Below the pieces are notes generated by a model. That model had not been told where the DNA came from. It ran no database searches and worked only from the letters and a program-made list of their open reading frames with translations. Positions 1 to 9,767 of a stretch of 64,000 nt of DNA are shown one piece after another. Source of the DNA: Limnothrix sp. BL-A-16. GTDB lineage: Bacteria > Cyanobacteriota > Cyanobacteriia > CACIAM-69d. The stretch is taken from assembly GCA_041937175.2 (NCBI GenBank), contig CP166615.1, positions 2,880,001-2,944,000 of the forward strand, written 5' to 3'. Numbering within the stretch: the first letter of the stretch is position 1; every line of letters starts with the position of its first letter. Position numbers and translations under genes: made by a program.

Positions 1-7
1 AACTCGG

Positions 8-631
8 TTAACGGCGCGATCGGGTGACTGCCCAAAGTCCCAAAAATCCCAGACCCACGCCGCCCACACCCAACCAAACCAGTTCCCCAGAATGCCATGG
101 GGTCTCGGTGGTCGTTTCAGCAGCGGCCACTGGTGAGGCGATCGCAGCGGCCACGGGCGAGGGAGTCGAACTAGCGGCGGGGGCCGCGCCGGCCAGCACG
201 GTGGTTTCGTATCGAAACTCAAAGGGTTGAAAGTCGCCCGGTTGTTTCGGCTGGCCTTTCAACACCAAATCATAGGCCCCCGCTGCCGGAAACACGGTGG
301 TTGCACCGGGCATGTTTTGAAACCCTTCGGCGGCCTTGGGTGTGAGGGGCGGTTGCCAGGGTTGGGGGGCTGTCGGACTCTGCAAGCGGGGGCTGATGGT
401 CAGTTGGCAGTTGCAGCGATCGAGGGGGATCGTTGCGCCGCCTTTGCGCGTGAGGCTAAACCAAATGGTGGCCGGTTCGCCCGATCGGGGATTGTGGTCG
501 GGTTCCAAGTGAAACAGGGCCGCCACATCGGCTCCCACCTTCACCTGGTGGGCCCCCGAAGGCCAGGCCAGGCCAAACCCCAGCCCGATCGCCCCCAAGC
601 CAACGCTCATCCAGCCTGTTGCTCGGTTCAT
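8..631 (-). CDS. Conserved hypothetical protein with signal peptide and C-terminal membrane anchor
   Basis: ATG at 631 overlaps the natA stop (ATGA); hydrophobic N-terminus, CxC motif, C-terminal TM segment followed by RSRR. Confidence 0.7.
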   Translation of the reverse strand: MNRATGWMSVGLGAIGLGFGLAWPSGAHQVKVGADVAALFHLEPDHNPRSGEPATIWFSLTRKGGATIPLDRCNCQLTISPRLQSPTAPQPWQPPLTPKAAEGFQNMPGATTVFPAAGAYDLVLKGQPKQPGDFQPFEFRYETTVLAGAAPAASSTPSPVAAAIASPVAAAETTTETPWHSGELVWLGVGGVGLGFLGLWAVTRSRR

Positions 632-1464
632 GCGGCTTGCCCCAGATAGGCTTCCAAAACCCTTGGATCCGCTTGGATCATGTCCGGGGAGCCATCCGCT
701 AAATTTTGACCATCCGCCAAAACCCACACCCGATCGCACAGGGACATAATCACATCCATGTTGTGTTCCACAATCAGGAAGGTCAGTCCTTCCCGATTCC
801 AGGTTTGGATTCGATCGCAGATTTGCTCAATCAGAGCTGGGTTCACACCGGCCGCTGGCTCATCGAGCAACACCAACTTGGGTTGCACCATCAGGGCCCG
901 CCCCATTTCCAGCAATTTTCGCTGCCCACCGGACAAAGAACCGGCATATTCCCGCGCCATGTGGGCCAGGCCGATCGCCTCCAGCAGCTCCATGGCTCGC
1001 AATTCCAATTCCCGCTGCTGGCGACGGATGCGGCTGCTTTGGGTCCAAACTTCCCAAAATTTTTCGCCCCGCTGATCTTGGGCTGCCAAAATCATGTTCT
1101 CCAGCACCGACAGCCGGGAGAGCACCCGCGCCACCTGAAAGGTTCGCACCATCCCCCGGCGGGCAATTTGGTGGGGCGACAGGTTGTGAATGGGTTGCCC
1201 ATCCAAAAACACTTCACCGCTATCGGAGGGAATGAAGTTAGAAAGCAGGTTAAAGAGGGTGGTTTTGCCTGCTCCGTTCGGGCCAATCAGGCCGGTAATA
1301 CTGCCCGATCGCACCTCAATGTTGGCTCCCTTCACGGCTTTCAGGCCCCCAAAGCTTTTGCAAAGTTGCTTGGCTTGCAGCAGGGGCCGAGCAGGCAGGG
1401 TTTCGGTCATTTGGGGCCGATCGCTGGTGGAAGGGGTCATGGCAACGGGCGACTCAAGGGGCAA
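628..1464 (-). CDS. natA: Neutral/branched-chain amino acid ABC transporter ATP-binding protein (LivG-type); start uncertain
   Basis: Walker A GPNGAGKT, LSGGQ signature, LLDEPAAG, C-terminal VLEAYLG. Confidence 0.9.
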   Translation of the reverse strand: MPLESPVAMTPSTSDRPQMTETLPARPLLQAKQLCKSFGGLKAVKGANIEVRSGSITGLIGPNGAGKTTLFNLLSNFIPSDSGEVFLDGQPIHNLSPHQIARRGMVRTFQVARVLSRLSVLENMILAAQDQRGEKFWEVWTQSSRIRRQQRELELRAMELLEAIGLAHMAREYAGSLSGGQRKLLEMGRALMVQPKLVLLDEPAAGVNPALIEQICDRIQTWNREGLTFLIVEHNMDVIMSLCDRVWVLADGQNLADGSPDMIQADPRVLEAYLGQAA

Positions 1465-1489
1465 CGGGCCCCACGGGGCCCCACAAACA

Positions 1490-1563
1490 CGGGACTGGCG
1501 GGATTCGAACCCGCGACCTAGCGCTTAGGAGGCGCTTGCTCTATCCATCTGAGCCACAGCCCC
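1490..1563 (-). tRNA. tRNA-Arg(CCT)
   Basis: Reverse complement GGGGCTGTGGCTCAG...CTCCTAA...GGTTCGAATCCCGCCAGTCCCG folds as a cloverleaf with anticodon CCT. Confidence 0.95.
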
Positions 1564-1627
1564 AAATCCAAATTTCAGACCGATTATAGGCGAATTTTTT
1601 GCGTTGCTTCGGTTAAGACGGCAACGG

Positions 1628-2485
1628 TTACGGTGGTGGATTGGCCTCAGGGGCGATCACCTGGAGGGTCAAGCGGTAATGGTAGAGGGCCACGGGGCGG
1701 TTGCGGGTCACGGAGGCATAGCGATCGCGCGGGGCCAGATAAATGGCTGTGAACTGATCGGCTTCAATTGCGTCCGGGGCCATGCGGCGATAATCCGTGG
1801 TGGTTTCCACCGCGTTGGCATAGACCGATCGCCCCTGTTGAGTCCCCTCGTTTTGAAAGGACTGCACGATCACTTCCGTGGCCAAAAAACGCCGATCACT
1901 CGGGGTTTCGCTCGCTCGATCGGTCACGGTGGAGACCAAGGCCCGCTGATTGGCCAACTTCAAAATCTGCTCGTTGGGATTGCCCGGATCCGCCACCACC
2001 CCAGCAATGGCCCTTCGTCCCAGGTAGGCAGCGGCAATGTTCAACCCGTTAAAGGCGCGATCGGCCACAATTGGGGCCCGATCGGGCGGTTGATATTTCC
2101 GCAGGGGAAAAGCACTCAGGGCCGGGGCAATGGTTTGGGGGCCAAATCGCACCGCAAAGCTCACGGGCTGGCCCAGGAGCGATCGATTGCTCTCAAAACC
2201 GGGGGTAACAATTTCCGGCGCAAACGGAGCCGACAACTCCAGCAACGTGCTGTTGACCTGCCAGTCACCCGCCATCCACGGGGGATAGATCAAGTCTCCG
2301 GCGGCGGGTTTGGTGGGGGGCTTGGTGACCCAATAGGGAAAGGCGTTGACCCGATCGAGCAGGGGGCCCGCTTGGGCCACAGCGGGCCAACCCAGCCAAG
2401 CGATTACCCCCCAGCAGAGGGCGACTCCCAGGGCTAACCAGCGGTTGAACGTCGGGATCTCCGACCGCTTCGATCGCCGCGTCAC
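1628..2485 (-). CDS. Conserved cyanobacterial exported protein (DUF6816-like)
   Basis: Signal peptide; DLIYPPWMAGDW and ADRAFN motifs. Confidence 0.7.
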   Translation of the reverse strand: MTRRSKRSEIPTFNRWLALGVALCWGVIAWLGWPAVAQAGPLLDRVNAFPYWVTKPPTKPAAGDLIYPPWMAGDWQVNSTLLELSAPFAPEIVTPGFESNRSLLGQPVSFAVRFGPQTIAPALSAFPLRKYQPPDRAPIVADRAFNGLNIAAAYLGRRAIAGVVADPGNPNEQILKLANQRALVSTVTDRASETPSDRRFLATEVIVQSFQNEGTQQGRSVYANAVETTTDYRRMAPDAIEADQFTAIYLAPRDRYASVTRNRPVALYHYRLTLQVIAPEANPPP

Positions 2486-2489
2486 CCCA

Positions 2490-3530
2490 CTACCACCCTG
2501 TTTGGAAATTCATAAACAGCCCCACAAAAAATGCCAACTGGGCCGCCAGCAAAAACATATACAGCACCGCCCGGGGCCGGAAAATCGACAGCAGCAGCCC
2601 GATCGCCTTCAGGTCAATGATGGGGCCAAACACCAAAAAGGACAGCAGAGAACCGCTGGTGAACGCGCCCGAAAAGGACAGGGCAAAGAAGGAATCCACG
2701 GTGGAACAAATGGAAATCACCGCCGCCAACACCATCATGGCGATGATTGAGGTGACGGGCCCTTGTCCCAAACTGAGCACCACCTCGCGCGGCACGGCCA
2801 CCTGCACCACCGCCGCGATCGCGCTGCCCAAAATCAACACGCCGCCCAGTTCCCGCAGCTCTCGCACCACGTTTTCCAAAAACAATCGCCAGCGTTCGGC
2901 TCCGCTCATGCGCTCGCGCGATCGATCCACCGCCAAGGACTGCATCGTGGCCAACGAAGACTCCAGCGGTTTGCCCGTGGTCACCCCTGGCCAGTAGGTT
3001 CCCGAGGTGAGCAAGCCCCGCTCTTGGGCCACTCGCTCAATGCCCGTTAGTTCGCGCGATCGCAGCATGGAACGGGCCAAACCCGGATTCAGAAAAGGCC
3101 GTAAATCCTTTTGGGCCCCAAATACACAGCCCACAATCACCGCAATCAGCAAGGCTGCCAAAACCCGAAACACCACCAATTCGGGGCGATCGCGAAAGGC
3201 GGTCCAGGTGGCCCAAATGGCCACCGGATTGGCCGTGGGCGCAGCCAGCAAGAACCCCACCGCCACCGGGGCCGGAATTCCCTGCAACAACAGCCGCCGC
3301 GCCACGGGCACATTGCCACATTCACAGACCGGAAAGCAGAACCCCATCACGCTGCCTGCCAAAGCCCCCAAAACGGGATGGCGCGGCAGCAGGGAAATTA
3401 AGCGTCCTTCGTCAATGAACAATAACAGCGCGCTCGAAAACACCACTCCCATGAGCAGGAAGGGCAGTGCCTCCACAATTAGGCTCAGGAACAGCGTAAA
3501 ACCAGCGTTGAAAGCGCGATCGAGCGGCAT
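2490..3530 (-). CDS. Permease (DUF318/YraQ family)
   Basis: Multiple TM helices, PVCECG and SICSTVD motifs. Confidence 0.85.
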   Translation of the reverse strand: MPLDRAFNAGFTLFLSLIVEALPFLLMGVVFSSALLLFIDEGRLISLLPRHPVLGALAGSVMGFCFPVCECGNVPVARRLLLQGIPAPVAVGFLLAAPTANPVAIWATWTAFRDRPELVVFRVLAALLIAVIVGCVFGAQKDLRPFLNPGLARSMLRSRELTGIERVAQERGLLTSGTYWPGVTTGKPLESSLATMQSLAVDRSRERMSGAERWRLFLENVVRELRELGGVLILGSAIAAVVQVAVPREVVLSLGQGPVTSIIAMMVLAAVISICSTVDSFFALSFSGAFTSGSLLSFLVFGPIIDLKAIGLLLSIFRPRAVLYMFLLAAQLAFFVGLFMNFQTGW

Positions 3531-3714
3531 TCAAATCTCCAAGCTCACTGTCGGAAACCAACGAGGCTCAGGGCCTCATCGACCGGCGATGCTACGGGGC
3601 GATTGTACCGTATCGATGTTAACGAACTGACCTGGAATCAACCGCCAATTAGCCGCTAGTTAGCCACGAATTAATCGCTGATTAGCGGCCCATCAACCCT
3701 AAATCAGCCGTCCA

Positions 3715-4371
3715 TCAACCCAGTTGAGCTGCCGCTGCCTCGGATACTTGGGCGATCGAATCTTGGCTGAGGATCTCCAGCGCGGCCCGGGCCTCGGGTG
3801 CGTTGAATTGCCCCAAGGTGAGGGCCAACCGGTGGCGCACCTGCCAATCGCTGCTGTCCATAAACGGTAACAGATGGGGCAAAGCGCGATCGTCCGCCAA
3901 CTCGCCCAGGGCCCCAATCGCCCCCAGTCGCTCCAATTCATTATCGGAAGCCAAGGCCGACAACAGCACATCCACCGCCCGGAGGTCGCCCAATTCCCCC
4001 AGGGCCGAAAGGATGCTGAAGCGCACCAACCATTCCCCGCTGGATTGATACAAGGCCACCAAGTCTTCGTAGGCCGCCGTCAGCTTCAAGCCACCGAGGC
4101 AGTCGGCCGCCGCCGCCTGCACGTCCGGTTCCGGATCCGACAGCAACCCCCGCAACAGTTCCAGCGATCGATCGGGATCTTGCCCGCCCAGGCTGTCAAA
4201 CTGGCTCACCGCCGCATAGCGGACTCGGGTGTTGGCATCCCCGATCGCCAGTTGAATCAGCGCAAATCCTTGATCCGGCGGTAGAGCACGAATGTCATTC
4301 ACCGCCCGCAGGCGATCGCTCAAATTCTCAGAATGCAGCAGCTCACGAATTTGGTCAGGGGTGGCAGTCAT
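3715..4371 (-). CDS. nblB: PBS-lyase HEAT-repeat protein, phycobilisome degradation protein NblB-like
   Basis: Tandem HEAT repeats (VRYAAVSQ, DVQAAAADCLG, WLVRFSIL, WQVRHRLA). Confidence 0.8.
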   Translation of the reverse strand: MTATPDQIRELLHSENLSDRLRAVNDIRALPPDQGFALIQLAIGDANTRVRYAAVSQFDSLGGQDPDRSLELLRGLLSDPEPDVQAAAADCLGGLKLTAAYEDLVALYQSSGEWLVRFSILSALGELGDLRAVDVLLSALASDNELERLGAIGALGELADDRALPHLLPFMDSSDWQVRHRLALTLGQFNAPEARAALEILSQDSIAQVSEAAAAQLG

Positions 4372-5113
4372 AACAGCGTCATTAAATAAAGCGTAGTCAA
4401 ACGGAGATGAATTCAATCAACCATTAACAAGCCATCAACCCGACCCCAATTCTGGCCAGGCAATGGGCGAAACAGGCGATCGCCCTTGGGCCCAAAGGTG
4501 GGGTGGCGCTTCCAGCAACTATACGGAAAAACCGGAGGCGCTTCACGGCCCCGCGATCCCCATCCAAGGATTGTGCAGGACTTTCAGCGTTGGGATCGCT
4601 GTTGGGATCGCCATTTCTCAAACATACTGACAGATCCCCGGGCAAGTGGTTGCATAAATTTAAAACATAAATTCAAGAGCCGTTACCTGAAATAGCAGCT
4701 CGCCGCATTTCTAATACAAGGCTGTTATATTCAACGGTCATTACTCAACGAATGAGTAAACATTGATTGCAACAGAGACTATCCTCAAAAACTCGATGGT
4801 AGATTAACAACATGAAGCAAGAGAGCTTCAGCTCCGAAACAGCCTCCTAAAGACTCCTGTTGAAGAGTCAATTGCAAATAGTTTGATTGCAAAACGCTGT
4901 TTTTTGTTCAAGATCGAGCAATAGCACCCTGCTGAGACGCTCATTTCTCCCCAACTTAATTATCCAGGGAATTTCGGTTTAAGTTGCTAGGAAGCAATTT
5001 TCAACCTTCATGAGTTCTGTATGAATCATGACAGTGTTGAGACCGAATCCGCTAAGGATCAACGTATGAGAGGAGAACAGAAGCAGTCTATCGCCTGGGT
5101 GCTATTCTCGTTT

Positions 5114-6046
5114 TCAAATTTGGGATTGAATCCAATTGCGCAAATAATCATCCACCAGATCCGGTACTTCATCATGGGGACAGTGGCCCGCATTTAAAAA
5201 GTGCTCCGTGATTCGATCAAAGTGTTGATGAAACTGAGCCGATCGCGCCCTGGTTTGCATCCAAGGATCTCCTTCGCCCCACAGCAACAGCAAGGGAGAT
5301 TGCAACTTGCCCAGAAGTTGATCGACGTTTTCGCCCCGAGGGGATTTAAACACCGAAGCGAACACTTTCACGGCTCCCGGATCGCAAGAAGGGCGATAAA
5401 TTTCTTCCACCAGGCGATCGGTCACGGCGGTTTGATCTAAATACACCTTTTGCAGTGTTTTGCGAATGGTGGATTTGCGTCTAGCATTTTGAAACAGTAA
5501 ATAGCTGGGCAACGGCTGCAACAGCACATTTTGAACTAGCGATCGAACCAGTTTTTGGAACCCATTGGGCTGGGTTTGGGTTGTGGTTTCCGTGAAAGGG
5601 CCCGCACTGTTGAGCAGGGCAACCCCACAAACCGATTCGGGATGATTGGCAGCCACACAAAGGGACGCATAGCCCCCCAAGGAATTTCCGGCGATCACCA
5701 CCGGTTTACCAATCACCTGCTGAATAAATTCCTGGAGCTGTTCTTGCCACAGTTGACCGCTGTAGACCCAATCGGGCTTGGCCGATCGCCCAAAGCCCAA
5801 CAGGTCGATCGCCCAGACTTCAAAGTCTTGCTGAAGATCCGCGAGGTTTTTGCGCCAATGATCCGTCGAAGCTCCAAACCCATGCACCAACAGAATGGGC
5901 GGTTGCTGGGGATGGGCCGTTCCCGATCGCACGTAGTGAATCGCTTGATCGCGCCACTGCCAAAACTGACTGGGGGGCGCATCGGCCGCCGCCAATTGAG
6001 CACGGCGATCGAGATTGGCGGCGATCGGGAGATTCACAGCGGTCAT
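5114..6046 (-). CDS. Alpha/beta-fold hydrolase
   Basis: HGFG oxyanion motif, GNSLG nucleophile elbow, GHCPHDE. Confidence 0.9.
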   Translation of the reverse strand: MTAVNLPIAANLDRRAQLAAADAPPSQFWQWRDQAIHYVRSGTAHPQQPPILLVHGFGASTDHWRKNLADLQQDFEVWAIDLLGFGRSAKPDWVYSGQLWQEQLQEFIQQVIGKPVVIAGNSLGGYASLCVAANHPESVCGVALLNSAGPFTETTTQTQPNGFQKLVRSLVQNVLLQPLPSYLLFQNARRKSTIRKTLQKVYLDQTAVTDRLVEEIYRPSCDPGAVKVFASVFKSPRGENVDQLLGKLQSPLLLLWGEGDPWMQTRARSAQFHQHFDRITEHFLNAGHCPHDEVPDLVDDYLRNWIQSQI

Positions 6047-6530
6047 GGGGCGAATGGAGGGGGAATTATAAATTTATGTAAACATTCTAGCGCCAAGCTC
6101 AAATCTTGTCGCGATCATGGAACTTCTACAACCCCCATTCCAGTCAGGGAGTGATGAATTCAATCACAATGTTTACCGAATCAAAATAAATTAAGAGATT
6201 CGGTCAAAACAAGGATTGACTCTATGGCAGATGCTAGAAAAGAGTTCCTTTGGACATCTGAATAGAGAAACTTTTTGGGGCAAAATCTTTCTAAATGAAA
6301 GATCGAACCACGAATTTCTAGCCATTGTTCACAACCGGTTTTTATTTACATACAGCATCTCTCGATCTTGTTTGTAAATAAAAACTCGTGGACTTTATTT
6401 TGCATATTCAAGAGATTGCGTCATTCACCAGCGCAGTCCATTGGTTCGTTTTCTGAGACTTGAGACTGCTCCCCCAATTGGCTCGGAGCGAATTTTGCTT
6501 GCCCTTGAACCCTAGTCAGGACTCAACCCT

Positions 6531-7577
6531 ATGACAGCTTTGAATAGCCTGTTTGATGAATCCTTTTATTTAGCAGCCTATCCCGATGTGGCAGCGGCCG
6601 TTCGCAATCGCCAACAGGCCAGCGGTTTGCAACATTTCCTAAATTCAGGGATGCGGGAAGGACGCACAGCCATTAGCCGGTTCTATAGCCAACCCGATCG
6701 GGAGCTAGCCTATCGCCAAGCCTATCCCGACGTGGATGCTGCCATTCGATCGGGCGGTTTAGCCTCCGGTTTGCAGCACTATTTCCAGTCAGGAGAATCG
6801 GAAGGCCGCAGCCTGTTTCCCCGCGCGTTTGATGAGCAGTGGTATCGCAAACGGTTCTCGGATGTGAACAATGCGATCGCCCAAAAAACCTTTACTTCTG
6901 GATTAGAGCATTACGTGCGATTTGGGCGTAGCGAACAGCGTGCCCCCTCAACCTTCTTTGACTTCGACTATTTCCAAGCCTATCCCGATATAAAAGCGGC
7001 CAGGGACAACGGTGCAGCGTTTTTATCGGGTTGGGATCACTTCAATCAATCGGGCCGCATTGAAGGGCGAGTGGCGACGTTTTCGGGAACTAAGGGCAAT
7101 GATTTGGTGGTGGGAAATGGGGCCCTCGATACGCTCACAGGGGTGGAAATGGATGCGGGACGATGTTTTGTGGGCGGCACGTTAACCGGCGGACAATGCC
7201 GAGAATATCTCTCCTTGGGAGCCAATGAACTGGACACATTGACGGGCGGGCCCGGCGTGGATTCCTTTGAAGTGGGCCGCCAACTCACCACCCGACTGGG
7301 CATCAACTACAGCCCCTTTTACACCGCTGCTGGAAATTCAGATTTTGTGCGCATTCAGAATTTTGAACCGGGCAAGGATCGCTTGATTTTGGGAACTAAG
7401 CAGGGAGATCCTGGCTTTAATGCGTCAGGCACTGAATTTGTCAGCGCCCCGGATGGTGTTTATGTTTATGCCCGGTCTCCGTTTCTGACGGGTGGGGCTG
7501 ACCTGATGGCGATCGTGGAGGGGGCTAATCTGGATGCCAGTGATGTGTTGGTCAGCACAACTTTCTTGGGTAGCTAG
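6531..7577 (+). CDS. Repeat-containing putative secreted or surface protein with RTX-like C-terminus
   Basis: Four repeats of Y..YPDV/I..A...SGL.H....G..EGR; GTKGNDL and DTLTGGPGVDSF RTX-like motifs. Confidence 0.7.
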   Translation: MTALNSLFDESFYLAAYPDVAAAVRNRQQASGLQHFLNSGMREGRTAISRFYSQPDRELAYRQAYPDVDAAIRSGGLASGLQHYFQSGESEGRSLFPRAFDEQWYRKRFSDVNNAIAQKTFTSGLEHYVRFGRSEQRAPSTFFDFDYFQAYPDIKAARDNGAAFLSGWDHFNQSGRIEGRVATFSGTKGNDLVVGNGALDTLTGVEMDAGRCFVGGTLTGGQCREYLSLGANELDTLTGGPGVDSFEVGRQLTTRLGINYSPFYTAAGNSDFVRIQNFEPGKDRLILGTKQGDPGFNASGTEFVSAPDGVYVYARSPFLTGGADLMAIVEGANLDASDVLVSTTFLGS

Positions 7578-7646
7578 TTTGGAGAGTGGCTGGCTTGGGC
7601 CACCGCTCTCCTTGCAATTTCCTCGTTTCTTTTGGTCGGTGGTTCC

Positions 7647-8882
7647 TCAACGCCGATCGAGATTGAGATCGGCCAGGCGATCGAGCAGGGGTTTGGCCAT
7701 CCAATTCAAGCCCACCTTAATTTGATGTTCCAGGGTGGGCATTCGGTACAGATACACCAGTCGCCGCAGGGCATAGGCCAGGGGCCCATCCAATTGCACC
7801 CCCAGGCCGGTGAGGGTGGCGCTGGTGTTACCGAGGGCTAACATTTCGCCCAAATGCTGATATCGGAACGGCAGCAGGGGCCGATCGCACAAGGAAGCCC
7901 AAAGATTCCAGCCCACATAGTCCCCCGCTTGCAAGGCCGCTTGGCCGGTGCTGGGGACAGGACTGCCTTGGAGGTCATTGGCATCGCGCATTTCGGCAAT
8001 GTCCCCGAGGGCAAAAACCTCGGGATGGTCGATCGCCTGGAGGGTGGGTTCCACCAACAGTTGATCGCGACCATTTTTGGGCAGGGGCAAACCTCGAACC
8101 AGCTCAGGCACTCGGTTCCCCACCGTCCAAATGGTCAGTTCCACGGGAATATCTTCTAGGCGGCCGCGATAGTCGAGCATGATGCGATCGGGGCCAATGT
8201 CGCGCACGCTGGTTTCCCAATCAATCCAAATACCACGCTGTTCTAAGGCCTTATCAGCCGCTTGGCGATTAAAGTTGGGCGAATTGCGCAGAATTTGATC
8301 ACTTTGTTCAATTAGCCGCAACCGCCCGCGATCCTGAAGTCGATCGGCAAGTTTGCAAGCCAGTTCCACACCGCTGTAGCCGCCACCCACGACCGCCACT
8401 CGGATTTTGTCGCGATCGGTCGCCTCCAGGGCCCGCAGCCGATCTTCCAACCGATAGGCATCGGCGATCGACCGGAAGGGTAGGGCATGTTCCGCCGCGC
8501 CGGGAATCCAGTCCATCGGCGTTTCGCAGCCCAGGGCCAACACCAACCGATCGTAGGTCAAGGTTTGCGGTTGGCCGGTGACGGGGCTAAGACTCACCTG
8601 CCGTTGCTGGAGGTCGATCGCCTCCACGGTTCCTTGCACAAACCGCACTTGGGTTCCGGCCAGCAACTCCGCAAAGGGCGGGGCCACCTCCCAGGATTGC
8701 AGCTCACCGGTCATCAACTCATACAGCAAGGGCAAAAACACGAAGCGATCGCCCCGATCAACCAACAGAATTTCCGGGCGATGATCTCCCCAATCCAAGC
8801 GATCAAGGCGGAGGGCCGCATACAAACCCCCAAAGCCCCCTCCCAAAATCACAATCCGTGGGCTAGTGCTGTGAGCGGTCAT
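7647..8882 (-). CDS. ndbB: Type II NAD(P)H dehydrogenase, NdbB/NDC1-like (demethylphylloquinone reductase)
   Basis: GGGFGG and GGGYSGVELA Rossmann motifs; FLPLLYEL. Confidence 0.75.
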   Translation of the reverse strand: MTAHSTSPRIVILGGGFGGLYAALRLDRLDWGDHRPEILLVDRGDRFVFLPLLYELMTGELQSWEVAPPFAELLAGTQVRFVQGTVEAIDLQQRQVSLSPVTGQPQTLTYDRLVLALGCETPMDWIPGAAEHALPFRSIADAYRLEDRLRALEATDRDKIRVAVVGGGYSGVELACKLADRLQDRGRLRLIEQSDQILRNSPNFNRQAADKALEQRGIWIDWETSVRDIGPDRIMLDYRGRLEDIPVELTIWTVGNRVPELVRGLPLPKNGRDQLLVEPTLQAIDHPEVFALGDIAEMRDANDLQGSPVPSTGQAALQAGDYVGWNLWASLCDRPLLPFRYQHLGEMLALGNTSATLTGLGVQLDGPLAYALRRLVYLYRMPTLEHQIKVGLNWMAKPLLDRLADLNLDRR

Positions 8883-9156
8883 AGGCTGGCGAGAAATAGA
8901 ACTTGAAAGCAAATAATCGATCGGCCCAAGGGCGCGATCGAGCCGGGCCATCCACAGCCCCCAACCCCTTCAGTGTAGAAAAGCTGTGGTCTTTTTGGGC
9001 GGTTCGCGGATCATTCGCCCTGCATTCGCCCTGCATTCGTAGCTGTTGATTAACCCATTCGCCAAGCCAACGCCAGCCGATCGCCACAGCATTGTCAAAC
9101 GGAGTTGCCATCCTAAAGGAGTTCAGCGCCTCAACACCCCTCAGCGCTTCAACACC

Positions 9157-9684
9157 ATGCAGAAACTCCCTTCTCTCCAGTTTTCGGGTCAACTGTTTTC
9201 GGCGGAAACCCTGTTTCAGTGGGTCGATCGCCTGTCCGATCGTCTCGGGTTGAGCCAGCCGCCCGTGGTCACCCGCGAACAGTTGCAAGCCTGCCCGCCC
9301 CAGAGCCTCGGCCGGGAATGGATTGAGTTAGTCACCCGCAATGGCTATCCCTTGCTCACCAGCGGCCCCCGTCGCAAGCAATTGCATGATGCGATCCATG
9401 TGCTGACCGGTTATGGCACCGATGATTGGGGAGAGTTGGAAGTGCAAGTTTTTCTGTTGGGCTGCAAATTTCGCCATCTCCATTTGCCGATTGTGGCCGG
9501 CCTGTTACGGCGATTGGGGCGATCGGGACAACTCACCGGCCCATGGCGCGATCGAGTCCAGGCCGCCTATCGTCGCGGCCAAGCCGCCGCCGACACCTTC
9601 GATCCTGACAACTGGCCCGCTGAATACCTGCTGGATATGCCCGTGGCCACCGTTCGCGAATGCTTGGGAATTCCTACCCAATAG
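9157..9684 (+). CDS. Coq4-family protein
   Basis: PPQSLG and HDAIHVLTGY...GELE metal-binding motif. Confidence 0.75.
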   Translation: MQKLPSLQFSGQLFSAETLFQWVDRLSDRLGLSQPPVVTREQLQACPPQSLGREWIELVTRNGYPLLTSGPRRKQLHDAIHVLTGYGTDDWGELEVQVFLLGCKFRHLHLPIVAGLLRRLGRSGQLTGPWRDRVQAAYRRGQAAADTFDPDNWPAEYLLDMPVATVRECLGIPTQ

Positions 9685-9767
9685 CCTGGGCGGTCTCGCT
9701 TTGATTGCCAATCGTCACAGTCGATCGCGATCAATCGCCGTCGATTTGCCTCTCAGCACTGAGTAGC

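Noticed and set aside
4424..5110. Long AT-rich gap as a possible pseudogene or ncRNA
   Set aside because: No recognisable coding remnant, repeat or RNA motif on either strand by eye; left unexplained
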